IMG/VR virus record: IMGVR_UViG_3300012667_000768 | Source of the DNA: a virus | Taxonomy: Duplodnaviria > Heunggongvirae > Uroviricota > Caudoviricetes | Reading direction: 5' to 3' (one strand) | DNA: 64,000 nucleotides | In this document: in pieces, positions 10,014 to 18,470 of the stretch | How the letters are laid out: each line of letters starts with the position of its first letter | How positions within the stretch are numbered: position 1 is the first letter of the stretch | Made by a program: the position numbers and the translations under genes | The notes under the pieces: generated by a model | Database searches by the model: none | What the model was told of the DNA's origin: nothing | Seen by the model: the letters and a program-made list of their open reading frames with translations, nothing else

Positions 10014-10291
10014 TTGAATTCCTTTTTATTATTGACGGAATCTCTTACACAATTATATAAGTCAATTAACTTATTTAATTGGAAAGATACTGAATTATAC
10101 TGCTTACTAGACTGTACATTAGCTTGTACTAATCCTCCCATAGTGGGATCGGTTACAGGAGGTAAAGGCTCCGCTTTCTGTGCTAGATTCTCCGGAATAG
10201 GAGGGATTTGCACTGCTGGAGCTAGTCCTGTATCTGGCTTACTGGCACAAGCGGAAACTAGTAGAGCAGTTACTATGATTAGCTTTTTCAT
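10004..10291 (-). CDS. o-spanin (outer-membrane lipoprotein, Rz1-like)
   Basis: 95 aa; signal peptide plus lipobox LVSAC; Pro-rich; overlaps the end of the preceding i-spanin gene. Confidence 0.65.
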   Translation of the reverse strand: MKKLIIVTALLVSACASKPDTGLAPAVQIPPIPENLAQKAEPLPPVTDPTMGGLVQANVQSSKQYNSVSFQLNKLIDLYNCVRDSVNNKKEFKCQ

Positions 10292-10689
10292 TGTCCCGCA
10301 CTCCTTATAGCATTTAGCTGACCTAAAACATCCATATCAGCTTTACACTCTTTATATACCGGTTTTTCCTGTATAATAGTGTTAATTTTATTCTCGTAGA
10401 TAGTTTCTTTTTCTACTCTGACTTTATCTTTTTCAGCAGCTAGTTTACCATAATCTAGTGTGCCTTGTGCTATCTGATCTGTTAGCTTTTTATTCTTTTC
10501 AGCTTCGATCTTAATTCGTTGTTCCCATTTAGCTTTTTCATTGGAAACACCTTTATTGTAATAGACATTAGATACTACAAAAAACTCTACTATAATAATT
10601 ACTACTGGAAGAACTATCTTCCAGTGCTTAATACATAGATCTAATATTTTCTTACCAAATCCTAACATTCTTAATGCAAAGAATAGCAT
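10288..10689 (-). CDS. i-spanin (Rz-like, N-terminal TM plus coiled coil)
   Basis: 133 aa; N-terminal TM helix then charged coiled coil; 4-nt overlap with the o-spanin gene. Confidence 0.65.
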   Translation of the reverse strand: MLFFALRMLGFGKKILDLCIKHWKIVLPVVIIIVEFFVVSNVYYNKGVSNEKAKWEQRIKIEAEKNKKLTDQIAQGTLDYGKLAAEKDKVRVEKETIYENKINTIIQEKPVYKECKADMDVLGQLNAIRSAGQ

Positions 10690-10756
10690 TTACTTACTCT
10701 AGGTTTTCACCTCTTGGACAAAAGCAATTAGGGTCAGGACTGTTAAGTCCCAACCC

Positions 10757-11045
10757 TTAATAGCAATTATCACATTTAGGAGACCCAAAGATAACCCTAG
10801 TAGATGGTAAAGCGCATTCCGTGCATATTCCTGCTGACATTTCTCTAGCAAACATAGCAAAAGCATCTGTGATTTTATCACCGCCATTGTATGTAATTCC
10901 TAGTAGTCCTCGCTTTACTCTGAACTCTGTATTATCAATTGGTACGCCTTTGTTAAACTCTACGTCATATTCGACCATAGTTACGAAGGCTGAAATGATA
11001 TGATCCCAAGAAGTTGGGACTTCATCAGACACGTAATAATTCATG
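10757..11045 (-). CDS. Cys-rich hypothetical protein
   Basis: start re-assigned to MNYYVSDE..; C-terminal CTECALPSTRVIFGSPKCDNCY, possible zinc ribbon. Confidence 0.45.
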
Positions 11046-11573
11046 CAGATACTTATCCTTATCTGGCGAAGTGAAGTAGGCTGTTTCTTCCTCACGAGTC
11101 AATTTTCTATGTTGGGGAATACTCTTTTTATCCTTCCAACATACATAAGTGGTCCCGTCGAAAGGTATAGTCCAGGGTTCGATACTCATCTTATCTCCTT
11201 ATTGAAATGGCCCGTTCTGTTTCTAGGTGGAACCATACCCAATGTCTTAGTGCTTACGCAGCAAGAGCAAATGCAACGTCGTTATCGTTTGCAGTTATGT
11301 TTTGTGGCACTTTGCCAGTCAATAGTCTCGGCGTTCCTATTACTCGAAAATCGATCCTAGTTCGCCCCCATCATAGATACACTGGTGTGCTACTACGCTA
11401 AAGGATTGACCGTTACCCGATGGGAACTCGAACATTGTCCAACGGCAGTAATCCACTCCTTAGACGATGGCTGCTTCTAGGCCCACGTCCCAATGTATCT
11501 ATGGTGGAGGCGGCGGGTGCTGCCCCCGCGTCTTTCCGCTTTTATTGTCGGCTGTCAGCGACTATAGTCATCA

Positions 11574-11602
11574 GATATAACAAAAGTTACTCTGAAAGTC
11601 AA
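11574..11602 (-). promoter_or_regulatory. promoter TTGACT-N17-TATATC
   Basis: fires into the 480-bp non-coding stretch 11100-11570. Confidence 0.4.
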
Positions 11603-11605
11603 GAA

Positions 11606-12280
11606 TTATTTCTTTATTGCTATGAAATTTGCTTGGTAGTGTCTAGGCGTCATAATATTTAGTCTATTTCTAGCTTCGATTAAGTTTTCACTGAGCAGTA
11701 GATCGTAGTCCTCTGCTAGTAGAAATGACGCGTTCTTGCCCATACTATACGCTTCTATAAGAAGTTTTATATAGCTATACTTTATTCCCTTATGTAAAAG
11801 AGCTATTATTGATATTAATAACCACCCAGGAGCTTTTGTCTGAGTATAAGAGAACATGGCTAAGCACATTTCGCCAATATAAGAGGTATCGTATCCAGTA
11901 AGAGTATGCCATACGTCATGAACATCAGAATATCTTCTAGCAAGCCAGCTATAAGGATGCCTGGCTTCTATCCATTCTTTTTTGCCTTTGCGATTTAATA
12001 CTGGTAAGTAATCTTCTATATTTGGATACTGAAGGTAAGTTTCCTTTCCTACAGAACCCTCTGGCCTAGAAGATAGGTTTCTGAAATAGGTAGATACTTC
12101 TTCCGAATTGTATACTACCTCTCCGCCCTTTTTACTAGATATTAGCTTATTAAGCATACTCTTCAAAGAGTAACGATTAGTGACATATATAAGATATACA
12201 CTAAACTTAGGGTTCTCTGGATTTTTATAAAGCTTTTTACTTATTTTATACGCCGATTTAAGATCTAGTTTTGGCAGCAT
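11606..12280 (-). CDS. hypothetical protein with COQ4-like HDxxH-x11-E metal-binding motif
   Basis: 224 aa; VHDVWHTLTGYDTSYIGE matches the HDxxH-(x)11-E pattern of the COQ4 family. Confidence 0.45.
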   Translation of the reverse strand: MLPKLDLKSAYKISKKLYKNPENPKFSVYLIYVTNRYSLKSMLNKLISSKKGGEVVYNSEEVSTYFRNLSSRPEGSVGKETYLQYPNIEDYLPVLNRKGKKEWIEARHPYSWLARRYSDVHDVWHTLTGYDTSYIGEMCLAMFSYTQTKAPGWLLISIIALLHKGIKYSYIKLLIEAYSMGKNASFLLAEDYDLLLSENLIEARNRLNIMTPRHYQANFIAIKK

Positions 12281-12848
12281 ATATAGTCTCCACTATCTCT
12301 ACAGCATCATTAGACTTTAGTAATGAGTGTATAGTTCTTTTTATTATGCGACTGTGTTTATGTTCATCTAAGAAATTAGTTCTTGTGCCAGATATATTAA
12401 AGTAATCTTCGTACCATATTATGGGTTTATCATTTACTTCTAGATAAGTAAGCAATCCATAGATACTTTGATATGCTAAATGCAAATACTGTATTATACC
12501 CTCGGCAGTCAAATAAGGCATAGCTTTTATGAAGAAATTGGCTACGCTAAATAAGTTATCTTCTAGACTTTTCCGTAATACGACTACATCACTAGAGTGT
12601 ACTAGTAAATGAGGGGCCTGATTACATAAAACAATATACTTATCTCTATCTGTAAGATAGGATACGAATTGAGCCTTCGTCATGTCAGGCTGGAATAACG
12701 TTTCGTGATGAGCAGCTTTTCTATTTTCTGCACCATAATCACCTATATACATCGGAGTTAGTTCTCCGACAAAAGTTAGTCCAGTACTCTGTTCTAGATC
12801 TAAACAATACTTTGTTGCCCCACATCTAGGTGGAGCACATACTAGCAT
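12258..12848 (-). CDS. hypothetical protein (degenerate P-loop-like N-terminus)
   Basis: 196 aa; CAPPRCGATKY near the N-terminus; translationally coupled to its neighbours. Confidence 0.5.
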   Translation of the reverse strand: MLVCAPPRCGATKYCLDLEQSTGLTFVGELTPMYIGDYGAENRKAAHHETLFQPDMTKAQFVSYLTDRDKYIVLCNQAPHLLVHSSDVVVLRKSLEDNLFSVANFFIKAMPYLTAEGIIQYLHLAYQSIYGLLTYLEVNDKPIIWYEDYFNISGTRTNFLDEHKHSRIIKRTIHSLLKSNDAVEIVETIYAAKTRS

Positions 12849-13012
12849 GCCTGTCTATCTGCCTTAGCACGAAGATGCTCAGCTGGCGACATTCCGTAAT
12901 CCTGATGATTGACGGAAATATTGGCTAGTATTAGTGGCCGAGGAGTGGACTTATACCACATTTCTCTACGCTTAGCCTTTCGTGCCATTTTCTGTTCGTG
13001 TGTCTCTTTCAT
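12842..13012 (-). CDS. small basic hypothetical protein (56 aa)
   Basis: not in the track (under 60 aa); strong Shine-Dalgarno AAAGGAGAAG; stop overlaps the next ATG (ATGCTAG); downstream of promoter 13059-13087. Confidence 0.4.
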   Translation of the reverse strand: MKETHEQKMARKAKRREMWYKSTPRPLILANISVNHQDYGMSPAEHLRAKADRQAC

Positions 13013-13058
13013 ATTCTTCTCCTTTTAATAGGTGGGACGTAGTTAATTTATACTGCCT

Positions 13059-13087
13059 AATATACATAAAGACACCTCAAAAGTCAA
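13059..13087 (-). promoter_or_regulatory. promoter TTGACT-N17-TATATT
   Basis: divergent partner of the plus promoter 13143-13171. Confidence 0.55.
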
Positions 13088-13142
13088 GAAATAAATTAAG
13101 CAACCCAAATAACGTATTTCTAGGCTGTGGTCAAAAAAGATC

Positions 13143-13171
13143 TTGACTTTTGGTCTGGACTACACTATATT
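13143..13171 (+). promoter_or_regulatory. promoter TTGACT-N17-TATATT (plus-strand dut/S21/hydrolase operon)
   Basis: the only plus-strand consensus promoter in the 1-29 kb region. Confidence 0.55.
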
Positions 13172-13305
13172 ACATTCATACAGCGCAAGGAATGCCTAAC
13201 GTTTCGCGAACACTAAATTAAATTGTAGAGTGCTCAAATCCGTGAAATTTAAGAGAGGCCTCTTTCTTTCGCTGTATTTTTCGTTTTAATCTAAAGGAAT
13301 TTAAC

Positions 13306-13518
13306 TTGGGTAAGAAAGTAAAGCGTAAGAAGTATAGTTCCAAGGGCGAACGTCCAAACGTATCTAATGCGAATTCGTTCAATCTATGGTCATTACTTGA
13401 TCGCGCACTATTTAAAGCCAAAGCTCGTGCGGCTGGTAAGCGGGTTTGTGAAACTATTCCAAATCCCGACAAGTCCAAGACCAATGCACGATTTATTAGG
13501 GTATGCAAGAATGGATAA
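13306..13518 (+). CDS. small highly basic protein (TTG start)
   Basis: 70 aa, Lys/Arg-rich; AAAGGA Shine-Dalgarno; first gene after plus promoter 13143-13171; preferred over the antisense ORF 13218-13538. Confidence 0.45.
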   Translation: MGKKVKRKKYSSKGERPNVSNANSFNLWSLLDRALFKAKARAAGKRVCETIPNPDKSKTNARFIRVCKNG

Positions 13519-13699
13519 TATAATTGAGTTTCCCGCAAATCGAACAGAAAGTAAGGGTGATCCAGTTATTGAATTCGTTCTTAATCAATTAATCCCTTGG
13601 GCAATGGAACAGGGATTAGATGTGCAGTCACCCCAATTTCGGCTCAATGGAGCAACTATAATGACTTGCCTACAAGGAATGTTATTGAATGACATTTGA
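13511..13699 (+). CDS. hypothetical protein
   Basis: start MDNIIEF overlaps the upstream stop (ATGGATAA); stop overlaps the dut start. Confidence 0.45.
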   Translation: MDNIIEFPANRTESKGDPVIEFVLNQLIPWAMEQGLDVQSPQFRLNGATIMTCLQGMLLNDI

Positions 13700-14099
13700 A
13701 AAACTACATGAGGATGCTATTATTCCTCATTACCAAACAATCGGATCAGTCGGTCTAGATTTACACAGTATTGAAGCAACCAGCATTGAAGCAGGTAAGC
13801 GCGGTATCGTAGGCACTGGCCTACGTATTCACTTACCACAAGGCATCGAGGGTCAAATTCGTCCTCGGTCTGGCTTGGCAGCAAAGTATGGTATTACCGT
13901 TCTCAATTCCCCTGGCACTATTGATACTGATTATGAAGGAGAACTTAGAGTTATTCTTTATAATACAGGAGATAGTACTTTTAGTATTGAGAAGGGCGAT
14001 AGAATCGCTCAGTTAGTATTGGCTCCCGTGGCTATTGATAGGGATCTTCAGCTAACAAATGTACGTGCAGATCAGGGTTTTGGATCAACAGGTCTATGA
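13689..14099 (+). CDS. dut: dUTP diphosphatase
   Basis: 136 aa; dUTPase motifs RPRSGLAAKYG, GTIDTDYEGEL, GDRIAQLV, QGFGSTG. Confidence 0.85.
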   Translation: MTFEKLHEDAIIPHYQTIGSVGLDLHSIEATSIEAGKRGIVGTGLRIHLPQGIEGQIRPRSGLAAKYGITVLNSPGTIDTDYEGELRVILYNTGDSTFSIEKGDRIAQLVLAPVAIDRDLQLTNVRADQGFGSTGL

Positions 14100-14278
14100 A
14101 AGTCGAAGTAAGAAATAATAATGTTGACCGTGCGATGCAGATTCTAAAGAGAAAGCTCATCGACGAAGGCGTCTTCAGAGAGTTACAAGAACGTCGTTTT
14201 TATGAAAAACCTAGCGATAAAAAGCGTAGGTTGAAGAGAGCGGCAATAGCCAGGGAGAGACGTAGGGAGCGCGGATAA
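14096..14278 (+). CDS. rpsU: ribosomal protein bS21 homolog
   Basis: 60 aa; RRFYEKPSDKKRR matches the conserved bS21 core (E. coli REFYEKPTTERKR); basic C-terminus. Confidence 0.7.
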   Translation: MKVEVRNNNVDRAMQILKRKLIDEGVFRELQERRFYEKPSDKKRRLKRAAIARERRRERG

Positions 14279-14294
14279 ACCGTGAAACTTACGA

Positions 14295-14630
14295 ATGGAT
14301 TGTGTAGCTGATACAGTATATTATGAAGCCAGAGGCGAAGGCACAGAAGGAATGAGGGCAGTAGCCCACGTTATTCTAAACAGAGCCGAAGAAGAGGGCG
14401 TAAGCCCGTGCATTATTGTTAGAAGAAAAGCCCAGTTTGCTACTGGCCCTTCAAGGCCAAAAGACAAGTTGTGGCAAATTGCCAAAAAGATTTCTATAAA
14501 TCCTGGCAAGGACCTAACAAGAGGCGCTACTTATTTTCATAATCGTAGTGTCAGACCATACTGGATAAAACGCCTAGTGGTATCTTTTACCTATGGCGGC
14601 CATATCTTTTATAGAAAGATTATCAAGTAA
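14295..14630 (+). CDS. cell-wall hydrolase, SleB/CwlJ family (Hydrolase_2 domain)
   Basis: 111 aa; VYYEARGEG..AVAHVILNR...QFA pattern of the SleB-type hydrolase domain. Confidence 0.65.
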   Translation: MDCVADTVYYEARGEGTEGMRAVAHVILNRAEEEGVSPCIIVRRKAQFATGPSRPKDKLWQIAKKISINPGKDLTRGATYFHNRSVRPYWIKRLVVSFTYGGHIFYRKIIK

Positions 14631-14637
14631 AAAGAGA

Positions 14638-14670
14638 CCCGTCAGGCGAAAGCTTGGCGGGTTTTTTTAT
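14638..14670 (+). terminator. intrinsic terminator
   Basis: 10-bp stem ACCCGTCAGG/CTTGGCGGGT followed by T7. Confidence 0.65.
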
Positions 14671-14727
14671 GCACGCACGTAACTTTTGAACTCAAAAAAG
14701 TTGTGTACGGCGCATACCTAAAAATAA

Positions 14728-14760
14728 AGCCCGCTTCCATTGCTGGAGGCGGGCTTTTTG
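14728..14760 (-). terminator. bidirectional intrinsic terminator
   Basis: GCCCGCTTCCA-ttgc-TGGAGGCGGGC, A-run before and T-run after. Confidence 0.6.
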
Positions 14761-15561
14761 TTAGACTTCTAAAATTTGATTCATCTTAAAGAACTTGTTC
14801 TCATTACGATATCCACGAGGATTGCAAACAACTCTAGTATCGTTAATCTTATAGTCGAAGCAGTCGTGCATATGTCCATGTGTCCATAGCTTGATTTGTG
14901 GTCGATCAATAATAAAACCATCTAGCATAGAATAGTAGCCATAGTTCATTTGAGTATCATTGTGATACTTATGATGAACACTCATAAATGATGGAGCATG
15001 ATGGCTCATGATAACGACGTTATCTAAGCCTGCGCTAGCTTCATCAAAGTATTTCAGCGTTCTACGATGAAATGCTGCTGCGTCCGAAGGGCGGAACCTT
15101 CCACCATAGCTATCATGCTTCCACTTAACAATTCGGAAGTCATTCATACCACTCATTAGGTACTGTTCAGTAATTGGATTGTTATGATTCATATCAGTCC
15201 AAAGAGTAGCACCTATAAAGGTGACGCCATTCTTTTCCCATGACTGGTTATTCATGAAATGGATGTTTGGAAACACTGAAAGAGTTTCACGAATAATATC
15301 ATCAGTAGTATCAATATACCCACGGTAGTATTCGTGATTTCCAGGAATGTAAAGCACGTCTTCATACTCATTAGAGCAGAACTGGAAAAACTTAAGAAAG
15401 TCCTGTGCCTTTATATGGTAAGGACTTTCTGGACCCTTGTTAAAAAGAGCCCCCATACAAATATCACCATTGAGCATTAGAATATCTGCTTTTTCCTCGT
15501 TCTTAGGGAAAAAGTCAGCATCGAACTCAAGGTGAAGGTCACTCATCTGTTTAATACGCAT
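14761..15561 (-). CDS. calcineurin-like metallophosphoesterase
   Basis: 266 aa; motifs SDLHLE (DxH), GDI, GNHE, GHMH. Confidence 0.75.
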   Translation of the reverse strand: MRIKQMSDLHLEFDADFFPKNEEKADILMLNGDICMGALFNKGPESPYHIKAQDFLKFFQFCSNEYEDVLYIPGNHEYYRGYIDTTDDIIRETLSVFPNIHFMNNQSWEKNGVTFIGATLWTDMNHNNPITEQYLMSGMNDFRIVKWKHDSYGGRFRPSDAAAFHRRTLKYFDEASAGLDNVVIMSHHAPSFMSVHHKYHNDTQMNYGYYSMLDGFIIDRPQIKLWTHGHMHDCFDYKINDTRVVCNPRGYRNENKFFKMNQILEV

Positions 15562-15584
15562 AAAAAATCTCCCTTGAAGCAGCC

Positions 15585-15614
15585 ATTATAGCGCCTCAAG
15601 GGAGACAAGTCAAG
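15585..15614 (-). promoter_or_regulatory. promoter TTGACT-N18-TATAAT
   Basis: upstream of the phosphoesterase gene. Confidence 0.55.
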
Positions 15615-15616
15615 TA

Positions 15617-15892
15617 TTAAATTTTATAATCTAGAACATTGACTGCGTTGAATTTTCGAGAATCCTCCCAACCCTTCAAGTAGTCGTTGTCCAGATTGAA
15701 TAGCCTTAGGTATTCTACATCATCAATTTCACGCGAAGACGTGATAATCTCGTCTAGATGAAGTTGCGAGAACTCACGAAGATTTCCATCGTTATTAAGG
15801 ACAACTTCATCACAAGCGTGAGTTTCCTCATTTGCTTCAATTACATAGCGCATACGAAACATTGAGATAGTTTCTACTAGATACTTCGGCAT
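15617..15892 (-). CDS. hypothetical protein
   Basis: 91-aa ORF. Confidence 0.5.
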   Translation of the reverse strand: MPKYLVETISMFRMRYVIEANEETHACDEVVLNNDGNLREFSQLHLDEIITSSREIDDVEYLRLFNLDNDYLKGWEDSRKFNAVNVLDYKI

Positions 15893-15901
15893 TTCAATTC
15901 C

Positions 15902-16699
15902 TTACTTGACGTTTACGATACCCTTAAAGTCGTAAGGGATAACAATGGTATTTACCTTGCCATCACGAACGGCTTCTGCAATGGTAACGATCGCGGTAGC
16001 TTCCATATAACGGGTAGCTCCAGCATTAGCGTTAAGAGCAGCAATACGCTGAGCTTCTAGCTTAGCAGTACCAACTTCTACTTCCTTACGCTTGTTCTCG
16101 TTCTGTGCCTGAACTAGCAGGTTGGCTGACTGAACGATATTAGCAGCAGGCTTTACCTGACGTACTAAAACCTGCGAAACGTCGATCTGCCCGTCTAGCT
16201 TTTCAGCAACTAGGCTTGCAACGATTTCCTGACGGATAAGCTGTTCCATTTCAGCACGATTATCTGCCATCTTTAGTGACTCGTAACGACGAGCAACCTT
16301 GTAAGCAGCATTGCGACCTAGCTGACGAATGTAGTTATACATAAGTAGAGTATCGCCTTCTTCGGTATCCGCATGGAAACCACGGTTCTTCTCAATATAG
16401 AGTTCTGCAACAGAACCTGGATTAATTGAGTAGATTACTGCCATATCAAAATCAGCTACTGTTGAGTTATCAGAAGCTAGAGGAGTCATGTCAGCAATAT
16501 CGACCTGAACGTCCTTAGTAGGGAAAGTTAGAACATCACCAAAGATAGTCTGATTAACAGTACCTGGAAGAAGTTCACTAGTTTCAATGGTCTTGTCGAA
16601 TGAACGACGAACACCTACTTCACCTGTTTCGATACGAGTACAAGCTGATGCAGTAGCCATAAGAGCAACGAGTACACCAACCTTAGCAATACGATTCAT
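15902..16699 (-). CDS. SPFH/band-7 (prohibitin-like) lipoprotein
   Basis: 265 aa; lipobox LMATASAC; SPFH-like core with a long coiled-coil, Ala-rich C-terminus. Confidence 0.6.
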   Translation of the reverse strand: MNRIAKVGVLVALMATASACTRIETGEVGVRRSFDKTIETSELLPGTVNQTIFGDVLTFPTKDVQVDIADMTPLASDNSTVADFDMAVIYSINPGSVAELYIEKNRGFHADTEEGDTLLMYNYIRQLGRNAAYKVARRYESLKMADNRAEMEQLIRQEIVASLVAEKLDGQIDVSQVLVRQVKPAANIVQSANLLVQAQNENKRKEVEVGTAKLEAQRIAALNANAGATRYMEATAIVTIAEAVRDGKVNTIVIPYDFKGIVNVK

Positions 16700-16709
16700 T
16701 TTTTAATCC

Positions 16710-16898
16710 TTAAAAGAGAAACACAATCAGAGCAATTGACATAACCGCTGCTGATGCACACATAATACTATAAAGAAGTGTCTTTGTCAACACCCATTTT
16801 TCTTTTCCTGTTAGCTGTCTGAAAACATCAATGCCAATATAGAAGAAGAAAAATACAGCTACAAATCCTAAAATAATCTTTACCATTCCGGTCCCCAT
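16710..16898 (-). CDS. small membrane protein
   Basis: 62 aa, two hydrophobic helices. Confidence 0.45.
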   Translation of the reverse strand: MGTGMVKIILGFVAVFFFFYIGIDVFRQLTGKEKWVLTKTLLYSIMCASAAVMSIALIVFLF

Positions 16899-17110
16899 GT
16901 TTTATCTGTTCGTTCATACACTTGAAACCAATCTACACCATATGCAGGGCAGACATGAATCTGCGCTGGTAGATTGTTTCGATCTTTGTCTCCGCCTTCT
17001 CCGCAGATAAAGAAGACATTACCTAGCTTGTCAGCTAGTTGATGTTGTACTATCTTCTTTAGTTTGCGAAGTTCAAAGAGTTCGCCTTCATATCCTTCGG
17101 TTTCTAGATT
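16880..17110 (-). CDS. hypothetical protein
   Basis: start re-assigned to MNLETEGYEG to avoid overlap with the upstream ORF. Confidence 0.35.
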   Translation of the reverse strand, partial: NLETEGYEGELFELRKLKKIVQHQLADKLGNVFFICGEGGDKDRNNLPAQIHVCPAYGVDWFQVYERTDKTWGPEW

Positions 17111-17225
17111 CATTAAGTGCCTCCTCTGCCATACGAGCACAGCTATAGCCTCGTCCATGTCCTTCGCCATATCCAAACTTCTGAATCTTCTCTAGAGCTT
17201 CTTCTAGAGTCTTAATTTTTGCACT
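17088..17225 (-). CDS. small hypothetical protein
   Basis: MSAKIKTLEE.. internal ATG of track ORF 17088-17330. Confidence 0.25.
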   Translation of the reverse strand, partial: SAKIKTLEEALEKIQKFGYGEGHGRGYSCARMAEEALNESRNRRI

Positions 17226-17334
17226 CATAATTTCTTCTGGATACACAATCATGACCAACGCTCCAACGCAATACAACCAACTATAACTGTTACTAATATT
17301 ACAATAAATGTCCAGCCAAAAACATACCATTCAA

Positions 17335-17514
17335 TCATTTCATACTCCTCAAAAACATGGCATCTAGATATCCATCTATCCAATCGGAATCAGCTCCAGA
17401 GCCTCTATCGTAAGGACTAGTGTTCATAGCGAGACCATCCATACAAGCCTTAGCGCCTTGATAGTAAGCGTGAGACTGCTGCTTTTTCTCTATTTCTTTT
17501 TTAAAACTAACCAT
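17335..17514 (-). CDS. small protein with ribosome-modulation-factor (RMF)-like pattern
   Basis: 59 aa, not in the track; HAYYQGAKA...SPYDRGSGADSDWIDGYLDAM parallels RMF RGYQAGIAG...CPY...SQWLGGWREAM; weak, pattern-level only. Confidence 0.3.
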   Translation of the reverse strand: MVSFKKEIEKKQQSHAYYQGAKACMDGLAMNTSPYDRGSGADSDWIDGYLDAMFLRSMK

Positions 17515-17860
17515 CAGTCCACTCCACTTGACTTATACCAGCTTCTTTAATTGCTGACTGACAAACAGGACAAGGCTTGGCATTGCCATACTCACCTTTT
17601 CTAGTAACACGGGTTACTAGGATGCGATAAGCACGACTCAAATCACGACAACGAATAATAGCATCCATTTCAGCATGGAGAAAGATCTTCTCTGGCAAGC
17701 CCACCTTATGAGCGTGTCTAGCCTGCTTTGGATGCGTTTTTACGTATGAGTTCTTGCCAAGACTAAGAACTCGTCCTTTCTTGTCATAAATAACAGCCGT
17801 GATATGCTGAGTCTGTCGCCTACTCATATTAGTCCCATAAACTACGATAATACTTTCCAA
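17507..17860 (-). CDS. cytidine/deoxycytidylate deaminase family protein
   Basis: 117 aa; zinc-binding HAEMDAI and PCPVCQ motifs. Confidence 0.7.
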   Translation of the reverse strand: MESIIVVYGTNMSRRQTQHITAVIYDKKGRVLSLGKNSYVKTHPKQARHAHKVGLPEKIFLHAEMDAIIRCRDLSRAYRILVTRVTRKGEYGNAKPCPVCQSAIKEAGISQVEWTDG

Positions 17861-18470
17861 AGAGATTTAATCCTCTCTGAATACGTTCATCATACTTCTT
17901 TCGGCCTTCAGAGTCAATATGAAAAGTATGATTTGGTCCATTATCCATTCTAGAGAACTTTCCTTCTGGGTCTTCTTCACCATGAATATTTACTGTTGTC
18001 CATACAATATCGGGAATACCGCTATGGAAAGCGTCTTCACCTGGATACTCATTTGCAATCTCGTCGAAAGTCCAGATCATTTCGTCCATAACCCATTCCC
18101 AGCGTTCCTCGCCGGAGGCATCCTTTAGGCAGGCAGTAGGTAGGTCTTCATTGTCTACACCAGCATAGCCATGATTAGTAGCTTTAAGCTGCTTTAGTCC
18201 AGGAAGAATAATAAGTGCTAGAGTGTGATCGAGACTCCAAGTATCATAGTTATCGTACTTTACTTTGACTTTACGCTTACTAAGAAACTTATTGAGGGGC
18301 TTTAGGCAGTAGTCAATACTGTCTAGAAATCCAGCTACAACTCGGTCAATCCAAGTGTACTGGCTTTCCTTAATGTCGTACCATTTATCGCCATACATAA
18401 GTTCAAGATAGTCGCACTTAATACGATGAGTAGTAAGAAGCGTTTTATATGGTCCAATATTAACTTTCAT
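17829..18470 (-). CDS. hypothetical protein
   Basis: 213-aa ORF. Confidence 0.5.
   Translation of the reverse strand: MKVNIGPYKTLLTTHRIKCDYLELMYGDKWYDIKESQYTWIDRVVAGFLDSIDYCLKPLNKFLSKRKVKVKYDNYDTWSLDHTLALIILPGLKQLKATNHGYAGVDNEDLPTACLKDASGEERWEWVMDEMIWTFDEIANEYPGEDAFHSGIPDIVWTTVNIHGEEDPEGKFSRMDNGPNHTFHIDSEGRKKYDERIQRGLNLFGKYYRSLWD

Noticed and set aside
11022-11189. Apparent 54-aa minus-strand ORF with a GGAGA Shine-Dalgarno
   Set aside because: Recounting the reverse complement showed an in-frame stop after 20 codons. The first reading had dropped a base.
11440-11470. Possible minus-strand tRNA T-arm (GGGAACTCGAACATTGTCC)
   Set aside because: Flanking sequence cannot form a T-stem or acceptor stem.
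13218-13538. 106-aa minus-strand ORF
   Set aside because: It is antisense to the plus-strand operon, which is driven by a consensus plus-strand promoter and has overlapping start and stop codons downstream. The plus-strand reading is preferred, although neither ORF has homology support.
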